This document shows positions 37,017-49,140 of a DNA stretch of 64,000 nt, one piece after another (position 1 is the first letter of the stretch; every line of letters begins with the position of its first letter). The notes below the pieces were generated by a model that saw only the letters and a list, made by a program, of their open reading frames with translations, was not told the origin of the DNA and ran no database searches. This DNA comes from Macrostomum lignano (Eukaryota): positions 189,393 to 253,392 of the forward strand of contig NIVC01001668.1 of NCBI GenBank assembly GCA_002269645.1, written 5' to 3'. Position numbers and translations under genes: made by a program.

Positions 37017-38161
37017 GAATAACTTTGTGATTAATGCTTGGATCCCCACCAGATTTTAGCATATGGAAAATATATAGAAAAGGGATTTTTTTGACACCAA
37101 AAGCACTAGTTGTTCTCAACTGGAAATACTCGAATTTGGTTCTGTTGTCGCAACAAGCTTCTTATAGACATTTTGTAATTGTCACCACTTGGATTTAACC
37201 AGTGGGTGACAACCAAGCACAGGGAGAGGTGTGCTAGCGCCCTCCTAGCGCCTTTCCGTTGTTGAAAATGCGGAGCACTTCATCTGAGAATGCCCTGCCT
37301 CTACTCAGGACAGGCTCATCTACCTCGACCCGTTTTCAGGCCCGCAGAATCTCTGCCAGCTCATCCGCTACCAAGGGCAGCCGGCGAGCGAGGGAGACCG
37401 GGAGGGGGACCGCGCTGCGAACACCGGCCACCACCGGTCTCCCTGCGCGACACCGCAGCACCAGCTGCCCGTGGTCGCCAGAGGTTAGCGGAATGGGCGA
37501 CAACGCCTCCCCGCTCTATCCGGATTCGGATTCCCAGAACCCCCTGGTGCCAAGTCAAATCAAGAATGCACTTTTGCACTGAAATGAATGTCGAACACGT
37601 ATTGTATGATGTTCGTGACGTTAAACAAACTTCTCAAGCGATTCTTGACTGAAAATTTCTTTCTTACTTTGATCAGTCTTAACACGAAGCATTCATCAAT
37701 CATCTAGTTATAAGTGTAAATTCTCAAGGAGAAGGACGAGATTGAGAAGAAGGAGATGCTCAAGAGGCAGGTTTTACCGAAAAAATACATTACGGAGAAT
37801 GGAGGATTTAATTTTTTCAGCACAAAAAATTGTAATTGCTTTATATTGGAAGCAGACCCGAAGTTCATCTTTTGACATGATTTGCCTTTCTTGTAGCTCT
37901 ATCGATATTCGTAGAGCTTTTCGTTCAGAACAAAAGGCTAATATACGATCGTATGCCATTTTTATGATTATTAGGCACCGGACATGCATGTGGAATTTTA
38001 AATTGACAGAGAACCCTGAGTTTTTAAACAAAGGCTCTACGAATATCAACAGGGTTACTAAGAAAAGGCCAAGTCATATCAAATTTTTGAAAGCACGATA
38101 GTAAAAATAATTACCTAAACAAACCTATACACTTTGGGCAACTGGACTAAGCCTGACTCAC

Positions 38162-41100
38162 CAGCTGCGTCAAGTATTTTGGCTTTCCGCAGTTCGGCCT
38201 GCACTTCGCCAGAAGGTTTCAGTGAGCGTCTCAAACTGGTTGAACAAGTTGATGGCGCAGGCCTCGGTTGTCAACAGCTGGTCGATGCCGGCCGAACTGG
38301 AGTTCTCCAAAGTAAAGCAGTCGGGAATGTTGATGTACTTTGTCGGAATTGGCAGCGGATACGGCAGGCAGCCGCACTTTCCAACGAACTCTTCGACAAC
38401 GGCGAGATTGGCGCAAGACTCCTGGTTGTCCTCGAAGACCCAGCTGCTGCTGTTGAATTCGCTGGAAAGTTAAAGTGGAAAGTTGAAGGCAGTGATTAAA
38501 AACGACTATTGTAAGCGATATTGTAAGAAATAAACAATGATGTGTCCAATCGGCGTTTGCTGATTGGTTGTAAACACCCACCCCAAGTCCACCCCCTCTG
38601 CACTGCACCCCTCCGCCGTGAGGTTTATATCACCTAGCTTTTACTCAGCCTGCCTCACCTTTCTCGCGCTGCATGAAATTTTTTTTAATCGTACGGAGTG
38701 CCGTGAGTGCTGCCTAGGCTGCAATTGCAATGGCCGAAATTTTAATTGACCAAATGACTGCAAGGCAGCTTAGAGACCGTCTACGCCAACTGGGACTCCC
38801 CAGTGGCGGTCGCAAGCGAGAGTTGCAAGTCTCTCCAACGGACTCTCCAACGCCAGACCGCTGAGATCGAGGCTGAGCTGAAGAACAAGCCTTGCCAACA
38901 GAGCCGTAAGTTGCGGAGCCCCTTGCCGATTGACCGGTCCCCTGCTGCCTATGAGCCGGAGCTGGGACTGCCAGACCTGGGCCTTCAAGGCCTCTACAGC
39001 ACTTCTGCCAGGCCGTCGGACCGTCAAAGCCCCTTCTGGTAAAGGACTTTATCAACCGTGATGGCGAGGAGCCTGCCTCCGGCGAGAAGTCCAGAGTCTG
39101 GACTGAGCAGATCTCGGCGGGTCAGTGGGTAGCAGGCAGCAACCGAATCCTGCTGAAACTCCTCGACGAGGTTCCCTGGTCACCGTTAAGGATGGCGCGG
39201 TGGATCTTGAACAGCTGAAGGCCTACGTTCGCTACTGTGTGCAGTTCGGCGAGTTTATGCACCAGGGTTTCAGTCAGGCCACCCTCAACTGTTACGATGA
39301 AGACTTCAGGATCCTGCAACATCAGTCGAGCGGCAGCTGGGAGCGGAGTCGCTGCAGCTGCTATCCAAGCACATTCTGGCACCAAAGTCAAGTCAGGGCG
39401 GCAACGCGATCTCTGCCGGCCGGGGGGCTCAACTGGCAGCGCAGCTGCCCCGGCGGAAGCCAAAGTCGAACCCCCGCTGCCCCCCGGCTGGCCCTGTCCC
39501 AAGCCCCTCGAGTCCGTTGTTTTCTCATCCGACCTCGCCACAGCCGCCTGGGAAGCTGAGCTGGCTGACGATCCTGACCGCGAATTCCTGCTGAATGGCA
39601 TCCGCAACGGCTTCCAACTCACCTGCCCTGACCCGTCAGAAAGAGCCTCAACTATGTCAGAAATCCAGAACTACCTATAAGTCAACAGTTACCGGCAGCT
39701 GGTCGAGCAGCAGGTGCGAGAGGAAATCCTTGATGGCCACTACGTTCAAGTCAGTGACAAACCGGAGGTCATCAGCGCCCTTGGCGCCATTCCGAAGGGC
39801 AACAACAAGATTCGACTCACCCACGACTGCTCCAACCCTCCGGGTCTCTCCCTAAACAGCCGATTTTCTTCCGACTACCGAATCAAGTTCGAGACCGTCA
39901 GTTACTTCACCGCCAAGCTGCAGCCCGGTTGGTTCATGGCCAAAGTCGACCTCGCCAATGCCTACCGGAGTGTCGGCATCAGCCCGCACGATTTTCGGCT
40001 CACCGGCTTGAAGTGGAAATTCAGCGACCAGCGCAGCGATTCGTACATCTGCGACACGCGGCTCCCCTTTGGCGCTGCTGCCTCCGTGGAAGTTTTTCAC
40101 CGCCTGAGCCAGGCCGTCAAGCGCATGATGCAGAGACGGGGCTTCAACGATATCGGCAGCTATCTCGACGACTTCGCCATAGCAGCCTCCAGCAAGGACG
40201 ACTGCCAGCTCGCTCTCGACACCCTGCTCAATCTGCTGCGGAAGCTTGGCTTCTCCATCAACTGGAGCAAGGTGGTGGCGCCGTGCACCAGACTGGTCTA
40301 CCTGGGCGTCCTCATCGACACCGTCAGCGGCCTGCTGGAGCTTCCGAAGGACAAGCTCGACGCCACCAAGTCTCAGCTGCAGTCCGCGCTCTCTCGCAAG
40401 CGCATCACCAAGCGCCAACTCCAATCGCTTTGTGGCCGCATCAACTGGGTCTGCCAGGTGGTCCGCATTGGGAGGTGCTTCCTGAGACCACTCCTGCTCG
40501 AGCTCAGCGACCTGAAGCAGCAGCGGCACAAACTGCGCGTGCACAATGATCTCCGCGAGATCCAGCTGGTGGGACGCCTGCCTGGCCGCCTCCCCAGCTG
40601 CAAAATCTGGCGTTCCCACGGGCCCAGCTGGGCCATCGAGTCCGACGCGTCCAACTGGGGCGGCTGCGGCATCATCCGCGGCCCAGACACCACCAGTTGG
40701 CTCATCATGGACTGGCACCGCGACTCAACCACATCAACTTCAAGGAAAGTCTCGCGCCAGTGCTTACGGCCCTGCATTTCCAGCAGCAGCTGCAACTGGG
40801 CAGCCAGCTTGTGATCTACTCTAACAGCACCGCCGCAGTCGGCGCCATCAACAAGGGCTCGTCGCCAAATCGGGTCGTCAACTCGGCTCTGCAACAGCTG
40901 ATGCTCCTCGCTGCGCACCGCGACCTCTCCGTCCAGGCCTTCCACGTCCCTGGGACATTCCAGATCTTCGCTGATAGTGGCAGCCGAGCCGATGACATCA
41001 GCGAGCTGACAAACTTCCTGCTCCGGCTCTTTGGCTCTGTTCACGTTGACCTTAGCAACCTTAGAGAGCACACCCTCTCGCCAGCCACCTGCGAATTTCT

Positions 41101-44100
41101 CGCCCTACAAATCGCCCGCCTCAAGTCCCGAGCGCGAACTTCAGCAAGCGCTACCGCGAGCTCTGCCACCTGGCCTTCGCTGAGACAACCGCGCGCTCTT
41201 ACCGCTGCCAGATCGACTCCTGGAAGCGGTTCTGCAAGCAGATGCGCATCGACAGCACCAGACCGTCTCTGCAGCAGGTCGCGCACGACATCATCGCGCT
41301 GTCCGACCGCCTCTCCTCGCATGCCAGCGTCGGTGCGTACATTAACGCCGCAGACCTGCACTGCAAGCTCCAGACCGGCCGCGGCCTTCCTGGCGACCCC
41401 CGCCTCGACCTGCTCCTCCGCGGTGTGCAGCGCAAACTCGCCAAGCCGCCGGTGCGCAAGGCGCCCATCACTCTGGGTGACCTCCTCAAACTGCGAGGAA
41501 CCCTGCGCCTGCAGCAGCCTCAAGATGCAGCCTTCTGGGCGGCGGCCCTGGTCGGATTCTGGGGCCTCCTGCGCCGCGCCAATCTGTGCTGCTCGAAACC
41601 GTTCCCACCAGCCGGCGAGGCGGTCACCTGCGGCGACCTGCAAGTATCACCGGATCTGGCCATCCTGCACATTCGGCGCTCCAAGACGAACCAGTTCCGC
41701 CAGCGAGTGCACCGCGTTGTCCTGCCGCGCCTCCGGCACGCGGCGCAGCACCCGCTCTGCCCGGTGGCAGCGCTGCTTCACCACCTGCGCATCAACCAGC
41801 CCGATCGCGCCGCTGCTGCCCACCTCTTCGCCTACCGAAGCAGCGGCGGCCTGACGCCTCTGACCGGCACCCGGTTCTGTCGCCTGTTTCAGCACGTCGT
41901 CCACCGTGCCGGCCTGGCAGACCGGTCTCTGTCCCCTCACAGCCTTCGACGCGGCGGCGCCTCGCTGGCGTTCCGCGCCGGTGTGCCGCTGCCGGTCGTC
42001 AAGGCCCTGGGCGACTGGCGGAGCTCGGCGGTTGAGGTGTACCTGGGGCTGGAGAAAGGCTTCGACCTCCAGCTGGCGGCTGTTCGCAAACTGTCTCAAT
42101 GCCTATAATTTTTCGTTTGCCTGCTCTGGGTAGAAGCTGGTGTGCTGTCTGCTTTCTTTTTCCTCTGGCTTGGACTCAAATGCTCTGGTTTCTTTCTTCT
42201 CAACTCGTGCACTTTTCTTATTTTGTATTTTATCTTTTTTGCAATGATGACTGTTGTTTTATCGATTAAGTGCTGTTTTAATGACTGCTTATTTTATTTT
42301 GCTTGCAAGCGTGACCAGAATTCTGCGTGCCCCCCGTTTTTCTTTCACTATTTTTCCCATCATTTTTCGGATTTTGGACCGTCGCATCCACTCGCACTGT
42401 ACTCGATACTCGCAAACACTCGCGTCCGTCTTCCCTTCCCTTGGGGTGTGGTGTTTACGTCAAATTGTTAGACAATGAGCTTCGTATTATCGCTTTTGGC
42501 GATATTAATGGGAATTTGGACAATCAAAACGGGACGCCATAGACATTCAAGCCAGGCCACAGATCTCACCCTAGTCATGGACTTAAACAGTTCTTTCAGA
42601 GTCTACTGAGGGAGGCTTGGCCATAGACTATAACTTTGGACCTTCAATATGGTAAAAAGCGATTCAAAACGGAAATCGGACTGAGATTTTATAGCTCTCT
42701 GTCCCTCCCTCTCCTGCTTGCTCGTCTTTGGCCTGAAAGCGATCCCATTCAATGGCGTCACCAATTCCTGTAGCAGATCGCCAGCGGCTCATAGATGCGA
42801 TTGAACAAGAGCAAGAATCTTCCGGTAACTGGCACTTTCTTCACTTTTAAATATTCCAGTGGCCCGAGATATAAAAAATACATTACATTGGGCAAATTCC
42901 CGTTTTGAATGGCTTTTTTCATTTTGATTGTCCATTTCACACTCTATGGTTGTGTATTCCCAAGCAGCCCGAGTCTGCGGCCTGGCTTGAATGTCTATTG
43001 CGTCCCGTTTTGATTGTCCATTTCACACTCTATGGTTGTGTATTCCCAAGCAGCCCGAGTCTGCGGCCTGGCTTGAATGTCTATTGCGTCCCGTTTTGAT
43101 TGTCCATTTCACACTCTATGGTTGTGTATTCCCAAGCAGCCCGAGTCTGCGGCCTGGCTTGAATGTCTATTGCGTCCCGTTTTGATTGTCCATTTCACAC
43201 TCTATGGTTGTGTATTCCCAAGCAGCCCGAGTCTGCGGCCTGGCTTGAATGTCTATTGCGTCCCGTTTTGATTGTCCAAATTTCCATTTAGCTTGTCAAA
43301 AGCGATATCAATATCATTTGCGAAAAGAAATAATTTGCATTTTCATTTTTTAAACAAATCAACGGAAATACAATCTCACAACATATAAGAAGTAAAACGG
43401 CTTTTTACATTTACATGAGCTAAAGTTGCTCAAACTCACAAAAAGTACGGATCCAGCATCGAAAAGCTCTGCTCGTATCTTGGTCGAAGCACGGTCGGGC
43501 TCCAGCTGTAGATACTGTAGTTGGTGCTTGACTTCAGAGGGTTGCAAAAACCTCTTGTTGTGTTGTCCGTGTCCTCGAAGTAGCTTATTCGAACAGTGGA
43601 CCGAGCCCCCGTGTAAATTGGAATGGCATGTGAGGTGCCCGGATAAGCTCCCGGCGGCATCACAATCAGGTTGAAACCAGCCGGGTCACTCGCCTCCCCG
43701 AGATTGTACGGGCCGCCCATGACTGCTCGGACGGCCGTGAAGGTGTCCGGACGCCGGTTGCCCAGGTAGTCGTGATCGTCGGCGAACAGCTTCAGACTGA
43801 GTGGACGCAAACCGTGCTGCATCGGCGTCAAGTCTCGAAGGAACGGAGCGCTGTTGAACTTGTAGCAGGCGCCGTAGTAGGGATGGTGCAGCGCAGTGAA
43901 GTCGGCCGGTGTGCACTTCTTGTCACCGAAGCTGCAGTCGAGCAGGGTGACGTCCAAGCTCGGACCGACCAGCTTGGAGAGCACGTGAGGTCCGTACTTC
44001 TGGTGCAGCAGGCCTGAGATGCACTTCAGCGAAGATGCTGCAATTTGGATTTTCAAAAAGTAAGTTTTTCTACGTATTTTTAGAATATGAGAACCCGTGC

Positions 44101-46517
44101 TGTCCCTTTAAAATATTCATTTGGAACTCACAGCAGTCGGGCACGCTGCAGCTCTCCATTGTCAGATTCTTGTAGCCTGGCTTCTCAACTAGACACCAAG
44201 GCTCTTGAGTCACCTGTCCATCAATGATGAGCTCAGTGATGGGTCGCCAGCCCAGTCCCTTTCTCGGGTCCCTGTACATCACTGCGGCGCTGCGGCAGTC
44301 GCTTCCAACATTCGCAACAGATTCGGGGTCGGGCAGGAACACGCGGAACTCCATGACCGGGTCGAGGTTGCGGAACTGTGTGCTGAGACTGCCGTTCACC
44401 AGGGCTTGCCAGGGCTGACAGGTCCTGCCGGATCGTGACGTCCTCACGCTGCCCATGAAAACCGTGTTCACGGATACGTTCGAGTCGAATGATGTGCAGC
44501 CGGACAGAGTGTTGTTGGCCTTGTCTGCGTACATCAAGGATATCCGGGTAAAAGACATCTGTTTTTGCGGGAATGAAATCATGCTGCCTCAAGGATCTAC
44601 ATCTGAATTATAGGCATGTGAACTGCAGCATCTGGCAATTTTATTCTTACTTAGCTATTTGCGCTAGAAACTATTCCCTCGCAGGCTACTTGGCATTCAG
44701 AATGGGTAAACATTGCCACTGCAATTTCACAGGAAGCCATGCAAGCTTTAGGCAGATCATCCAGTTGGCAACTCACTGCAATACGGCACGCCGCAGTAAT
44801 TGATATCCAGTCCACTGCTGCTGTTAGCGGATCTGTGAAAGCAGAACGGGCCTTCAAAGACTCTGCCAATGGTGTAGCCACTCTGGTCACCGTCGTAGGA
44901 GCCTGTGTGATTCGATTGAATTTCTGATCGCCAATTATTGAATCGGAGCATTTTCTAACGAACGAATAACAGAAACTTTAGCTTAAGAACTTGCCTAACA
45001 CAGCCTTGATCAGCGAGATGTTTACACTGGAGTTGTGCAGACACGAGGAGTGGCTAAGGTCGGGCACCAGGCTGCCAATATAGGATGAAATATTGATCAG
45101 GAGCGATCGGGCCTCCGACCAGGTGACGCAGGGCACTCGGACCGGCTGCAGGTTCTGGTTGTAGGCGAGCGCTGTGGTGTAATTTCCTGTGAACTCCTGG
45201 CCATTCAGAGAGATCCGACAGCTGTTGAGGAGGTCTGCAGGTATATAGATGCTTGATCTGGTGAAACCCAATATGCTATGGTATTGTGCTCAAAGTAAGG
45301 AGACGCAACTCTGTTTAGTAAGTTATTAATAAGTCAAATTTGAAATGTAATGCAGCAGAAAGTAGCATAATAACTTTGACAAATAACTTGAATTTTTAGG
45401 CAAGGACGGGCTGAGCAGACTTTCTTGAGACCTCTTTTAGTTTGAATAAGACATCTAAAACTTTTTGGGTAGCGCCCGGCAAACTTTATGAAAAATTCAC
45501 AGTCGGACCTTAACTACTGTTAACCGCATCTGCTGTGAGCTGAAATTTCCAGTTCGCTTGAGACCAGACATTATGCTCCCCTCTGCAGGTAGCTCTGCAA
45601 AGCTAGTTTTTTAAGCGTCAACAGACCATGCTCAACAAGCAGTGTGCTCAGCCCCTATGGCTCAAGCTGCTCAAACAAGGAAGCGTGCAGAACTGATTGA
45701 ATCAAATTATTTACTTGGAAAACTACATTTTACCCCCTGTAAATCAGACAATTTTAGCACGATCAGGTGCAATGTTTTTGGTTTTGCAATGAGTAGCAAC
45801 TTAAATCAAAAGCTACCAATTGACTACATGAGTAATATAATTGTCTTTAAATGATGAATTCTTACTTTCGTGCACCACGAGATCAAATCAACATCTTCAA
45901 TATGCATCAATCAAACTGTTAAACTGTCTGAATGAATAGTGTAATGTTCAGTGAAAATGGCATACAATGAACAACCAAAGCACTGCCTCACCCGGTGACA
46001 TGTTAACCCTGGTAGATAGAATCTCCGACTGCCAGTTAAGCCAAGCGGTGTGGATTCCTAGGCTGACATCTGCCGCACTGTTGTTGATGACGTCACTCTG
46101 CAGCTTCAAGTTGTAAGCCGTCACGTTGGTCTCGTACAGGTAGGCGTAGTCGGCCGTCTTCTGGATGTACTTGGTGATGCGGCTATAGCCTACAGGATTG
46201 GCGCTGCACAGGTAGATATCCGAGTACTGGAATGGAACCTCCGCAATCAGGCTGGTGGACACCGGGTGGCTCTGGAACTTGAGGACCAGCGTGGCGGTGT
46301 GGTAGCAGAGGCCGGCGTAGGCCGCCAGCAGAAACAGCAGCCACAGGCCGCTGCCAGTTCGACCTGAGGAGCCCGCCAGCCGAGAGAACCCGTGAGCAGT
46401 GGTGGAGTCTGCGAAGCTCAGCAGCGACACCGAGACCGACGCGTCGCGTTCCTCGCCGTTTTCGTCTCGGTTGTCTTGATTGTCTTCTTCTTCTTTGCTC
46501 TTTTTTTTGTCAGACAT
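38162..46517 (-). CDS. DEG/ENaC gene B' (mirror copy of B), 6 exons seen
   Basis: Exons 46517-45992, 45234-44995, 44902-44777, 44524-44132, 44037-43440, 38461-38162. Lengths of exons 1-5 match B (526, 240, 126, 393, 598). The TM2 exon is not seen. Confidence 0.85.
38730..39559 (+). pseudogene. gag-like ORF1 with SAP-like motif (frameshifted)
   Basis: ATG at 38730, MTARQLRDRLRQLGLPSGGRKRELQ. Confidence 0.7.
39450..41000 (+). pseudogene. RT/RNase H (pol), right copy
   Basis: YLDDF RT in ORF 39714-40814. In-frame TAA at 39678-39680 and RNase H frameshifts shared with the left copy. Confidence 0.88.
41140..42108 (+). CDS. Tyrosine recombinase (phage-integrase-like) of the YR retrotransposon
   Basis: Open through LLRRANL...RSKTNQ...HPLCPV...HSLRRGGAS...GDWRSSAVEVY. 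Confidence 0.9.
   Translation, partial: FSKRYRELCHLAFAETTARSYRCQIDSWKRFCKQMRIDSTRPSLQQVAHDIIALSDRLSSHASVGAYINAADLHCKLQTGRGLPGDPRLDLLLRGVQRKLAKPPVRKAPITLGDLLKLRGTLRLQQPQDAAFWAAALVGFWGLLRRANLCCSKPFPPAGEAVTCGDLQVSPDLAILHIRRSKTNQFRQRVHRVVLPRLRHAAQHPLCPVAALLHHLRINQPDRAAAAHLFAYRSSGGLTPLTGTRFCRLFQHVVHRAGLADRSLSPHSLRRGGASLAFRAGVPLPVVKALGDWRSSAVEVYLGLEKGFDLQLAAVRKLSQCL
42488..43307. mobile_element. MITE-like element, mirror copy, with four 86-bp tandem units
   Basis: Same TIRs as 29824-30558, with one extra 86-bp unit. Confidence 0.7.
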
Positions 46518-47129
46518 CGCTGCCTCAGTTTGCGGACTCAGACAGGGGCTCACTTGCTTTCCTCTCTGCTTGTGCTGCAGCAGTCTGGCTCCTGGTACCC
46601 GTTTTAAATGCCCTCTCTCTGCCGTTGCCCAATTGTTTGAAGAGTTGTCATTGGCAACCGGAATAGTTAATCACTGAGAGAGCAGTTGAAAAGCAAGGGC
46701 GAACACAGTGGGGAAAGGAGAGGTGCATAAATTACAGTTATGATTCTTCCCCCTCCTCTTTTCCTGATAGAATGTTTTCATACCAGCAGGGCCGGTTACT
46801 CCTAGGAGCGTCAATAATGGGAGAAGTTGATTTTCATGGAGCACGTACTTCCTCTTCGTCAGGGTGACAATGTCAATTAATTCGTTATGTGCCAATTTTG
46901 TCTCTTCATATTTTCAGCATTGATTGTTTATTCTTGGAAAGGCTTCTGATGAGTAGGCTTATGGCATCATTTATTAATAAATAAGCGTTGCGGCCACAAT
47001 TTGGATGCTAAGGAGGACTCTTGAGCATCCTTCACTCTGACTCTGGCGAAACGTAACCCATTTGATTCTCCCTGGCTATTGTTGTAGATCGTGGCTTTGG
47101 ACTGTGCTGGACTGTTTTACTTTGGACTT

Positions 47130-48400
47130 TAGCTGATGCTAGATGATGCTAGATGATACTAGCTGATACTAGCTGATACTAGCTGATACTAGCTGATACT
47201 AGCTGATGCTAGATGATACTAGCTGATACTAGCTGATACCAGCTGATACTAGCTGATACTAGCTGATACAAGCTGATACTAGCTGATGCTAGATGATACT
47301 AGCTGATACTAGCTGATACTAGCTGATACTAGCTGATACTAGCTGATACTAGCTGATACCATTTGATACTAGCTGATACTAGCTGATACTAGCTGATACT
47401 AGCTGATACTAGCTGATACTAGCTGATACTAGCTGATACTAGCTGATACTACTAGCTGATACTAGCTGATACTAGCTGATACTAGCTGATACTAGCTGAT
47501 ACTAGCTGATACTAGCTGATACTAGCTGATACTAGCTGATACTAGCTGATACTAGCTGATACTAGCTGATACTAGCTGATACTAGCTGATACTAGCTGAT
47601 ACTAGCTGATACTAGCTGATACTAGCTGATACTAGCTGATACTAGCTGATACTAGCTGATACTAGCTGATACTAGCTGATACTAGCTGATACTAGCTGAA
47701 ACTAGCTGATACTAGCTGATACTAGCTGATACTAGCTGATACTAGCTGATACTAGCTGATACTAGCTGATACTAGCTGATGCTAGCTGATACTAGCTGAT
47801 ACTAGCTGATACTATAGCTGATACTATAGCTGATACTAGCTGATACTAGCTGATACTAGCTGATACTAGCTGATACCAGCTGATACTAGCTGATACTAGC
47901 TGATACTAGCTGATACTAGCTGATACTAGCTGATACTAGCTGATACTAGCTGATACTAGCTGATACTAGCTGATACTAGCTGATACTAGCTGATAATAGC
48001 TGATACTAGCTGATACTAGCTGATACTATAGCTGATACTAGCTGATACTAGCTGATACTATAGCTGATACTAGCTGATACTAGCTGATACTAGCTGATAC
48101 TAGCTGATACCATCTGATACTAGCTGATACTAGCTGATACTAGCTGATACTAGCTGATACCATTTGATACTAGCTGATACTAGCTGATACTAGCTGATAC
48201 CATCTGATACTAGCTGATACCATTTGATACTAGCTGATACTAGCTGATACTAGCTGATACTAGCTGATACTAGCTGATACCATTTGATACTAGCTGATAC
48301 TAGCTGATACTAGCTGATACTAGCTGATACTAGCTGATACCATTTGATACTAGCTGATACTAGCTGATACTAGCTGATACTAGCTGATTATAGCTGATCC
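47130..48400. repeat. (AGCTGATACT)n 10-bp array, expanded relative to the left arm
   Basis: Read directly: about 1.3 kb here versus about 0.19 kb at 25820-26008. Confidence 0.95.
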
Positions 48401-49140
48401 TAGTTGATAATAAAATACAAAAACTGATAGCTACTTGTCTGACACGAACTGCCCAGCTGGCCTAGATGAAGCGCACTTGTAGTAAGCAGAAATAGTCCAT
48501 TTAGCTCACTGTCAAAGCTTGCTCTTGTGACAATAAAATATATGCATTTATAAAAATTTGTTAGCTTATCTAGGGCTTCCGCTATGAGGCGCCAATTAGC
48601 AAAGCTAAACCTATCTGTCCGTGGCTAGCATTCTAAAATTATGACTCGCGCGTTTGTTCTGAATGGAATCGCATATGTTTTACCATTGTGCTAAGGGCTA
48701 TGCTGCTGCACATGTGAAAAACAGCCTAGGGCGCAATTAACGAGACTAAGCTGATTAGGAACTAGCTGTGATACTAAAATTGGATTACATATTTTAGAAT
48801 TTTTCACATAGACAATGAATAGCAAGTCTTTAACTACTCAATTTCAAGGCTCAATTTGGCTGGAAAATTCCGTTGGTTGTCGTTAGTTGATAGAAGAACA
48901 TTGTCATTATCTTTTCTGGACTCAAGTGTGCCTTTTCAGGATAACGTCTGGTCTTCCATAGTCTATGGTAACTCCCACTTTTATGAGTGACTGCTTACCA
49001 CTAATACCGCTTCAATTGAAAGTGCAAACCTGGAACGTCCCATTGAAGTTCACGACAATTGATGGCATAGCCTCATTAGATCTCTTTTCTTCCAGGTTCC
49101 GTTCGGTAGAGATGAGTATTGAGTAGCAAAGACGCAAGTA

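Larger units (their letters stand above)
38570..42458 (+). mobile_element. Tyrosine-recombinase retrotransposon, mirror copy
   Basis: Same domains as 30588-34472. Inverted ends at 38570-38587 and 42440-42458. Confidence 0.9.

Noticed and set aside
35933-37119. ORFs of 330-365 aa spanning the centre
   Set aside because: They consist of X residues from the N gap.
30938-42108. Prophage or bacterial integrase contamination
   Set aside because: The YR is linked to RT/RNase H and a gag-like ORF, and sits in a spliceosomal intron, so it is a DIRS-order retroelement.
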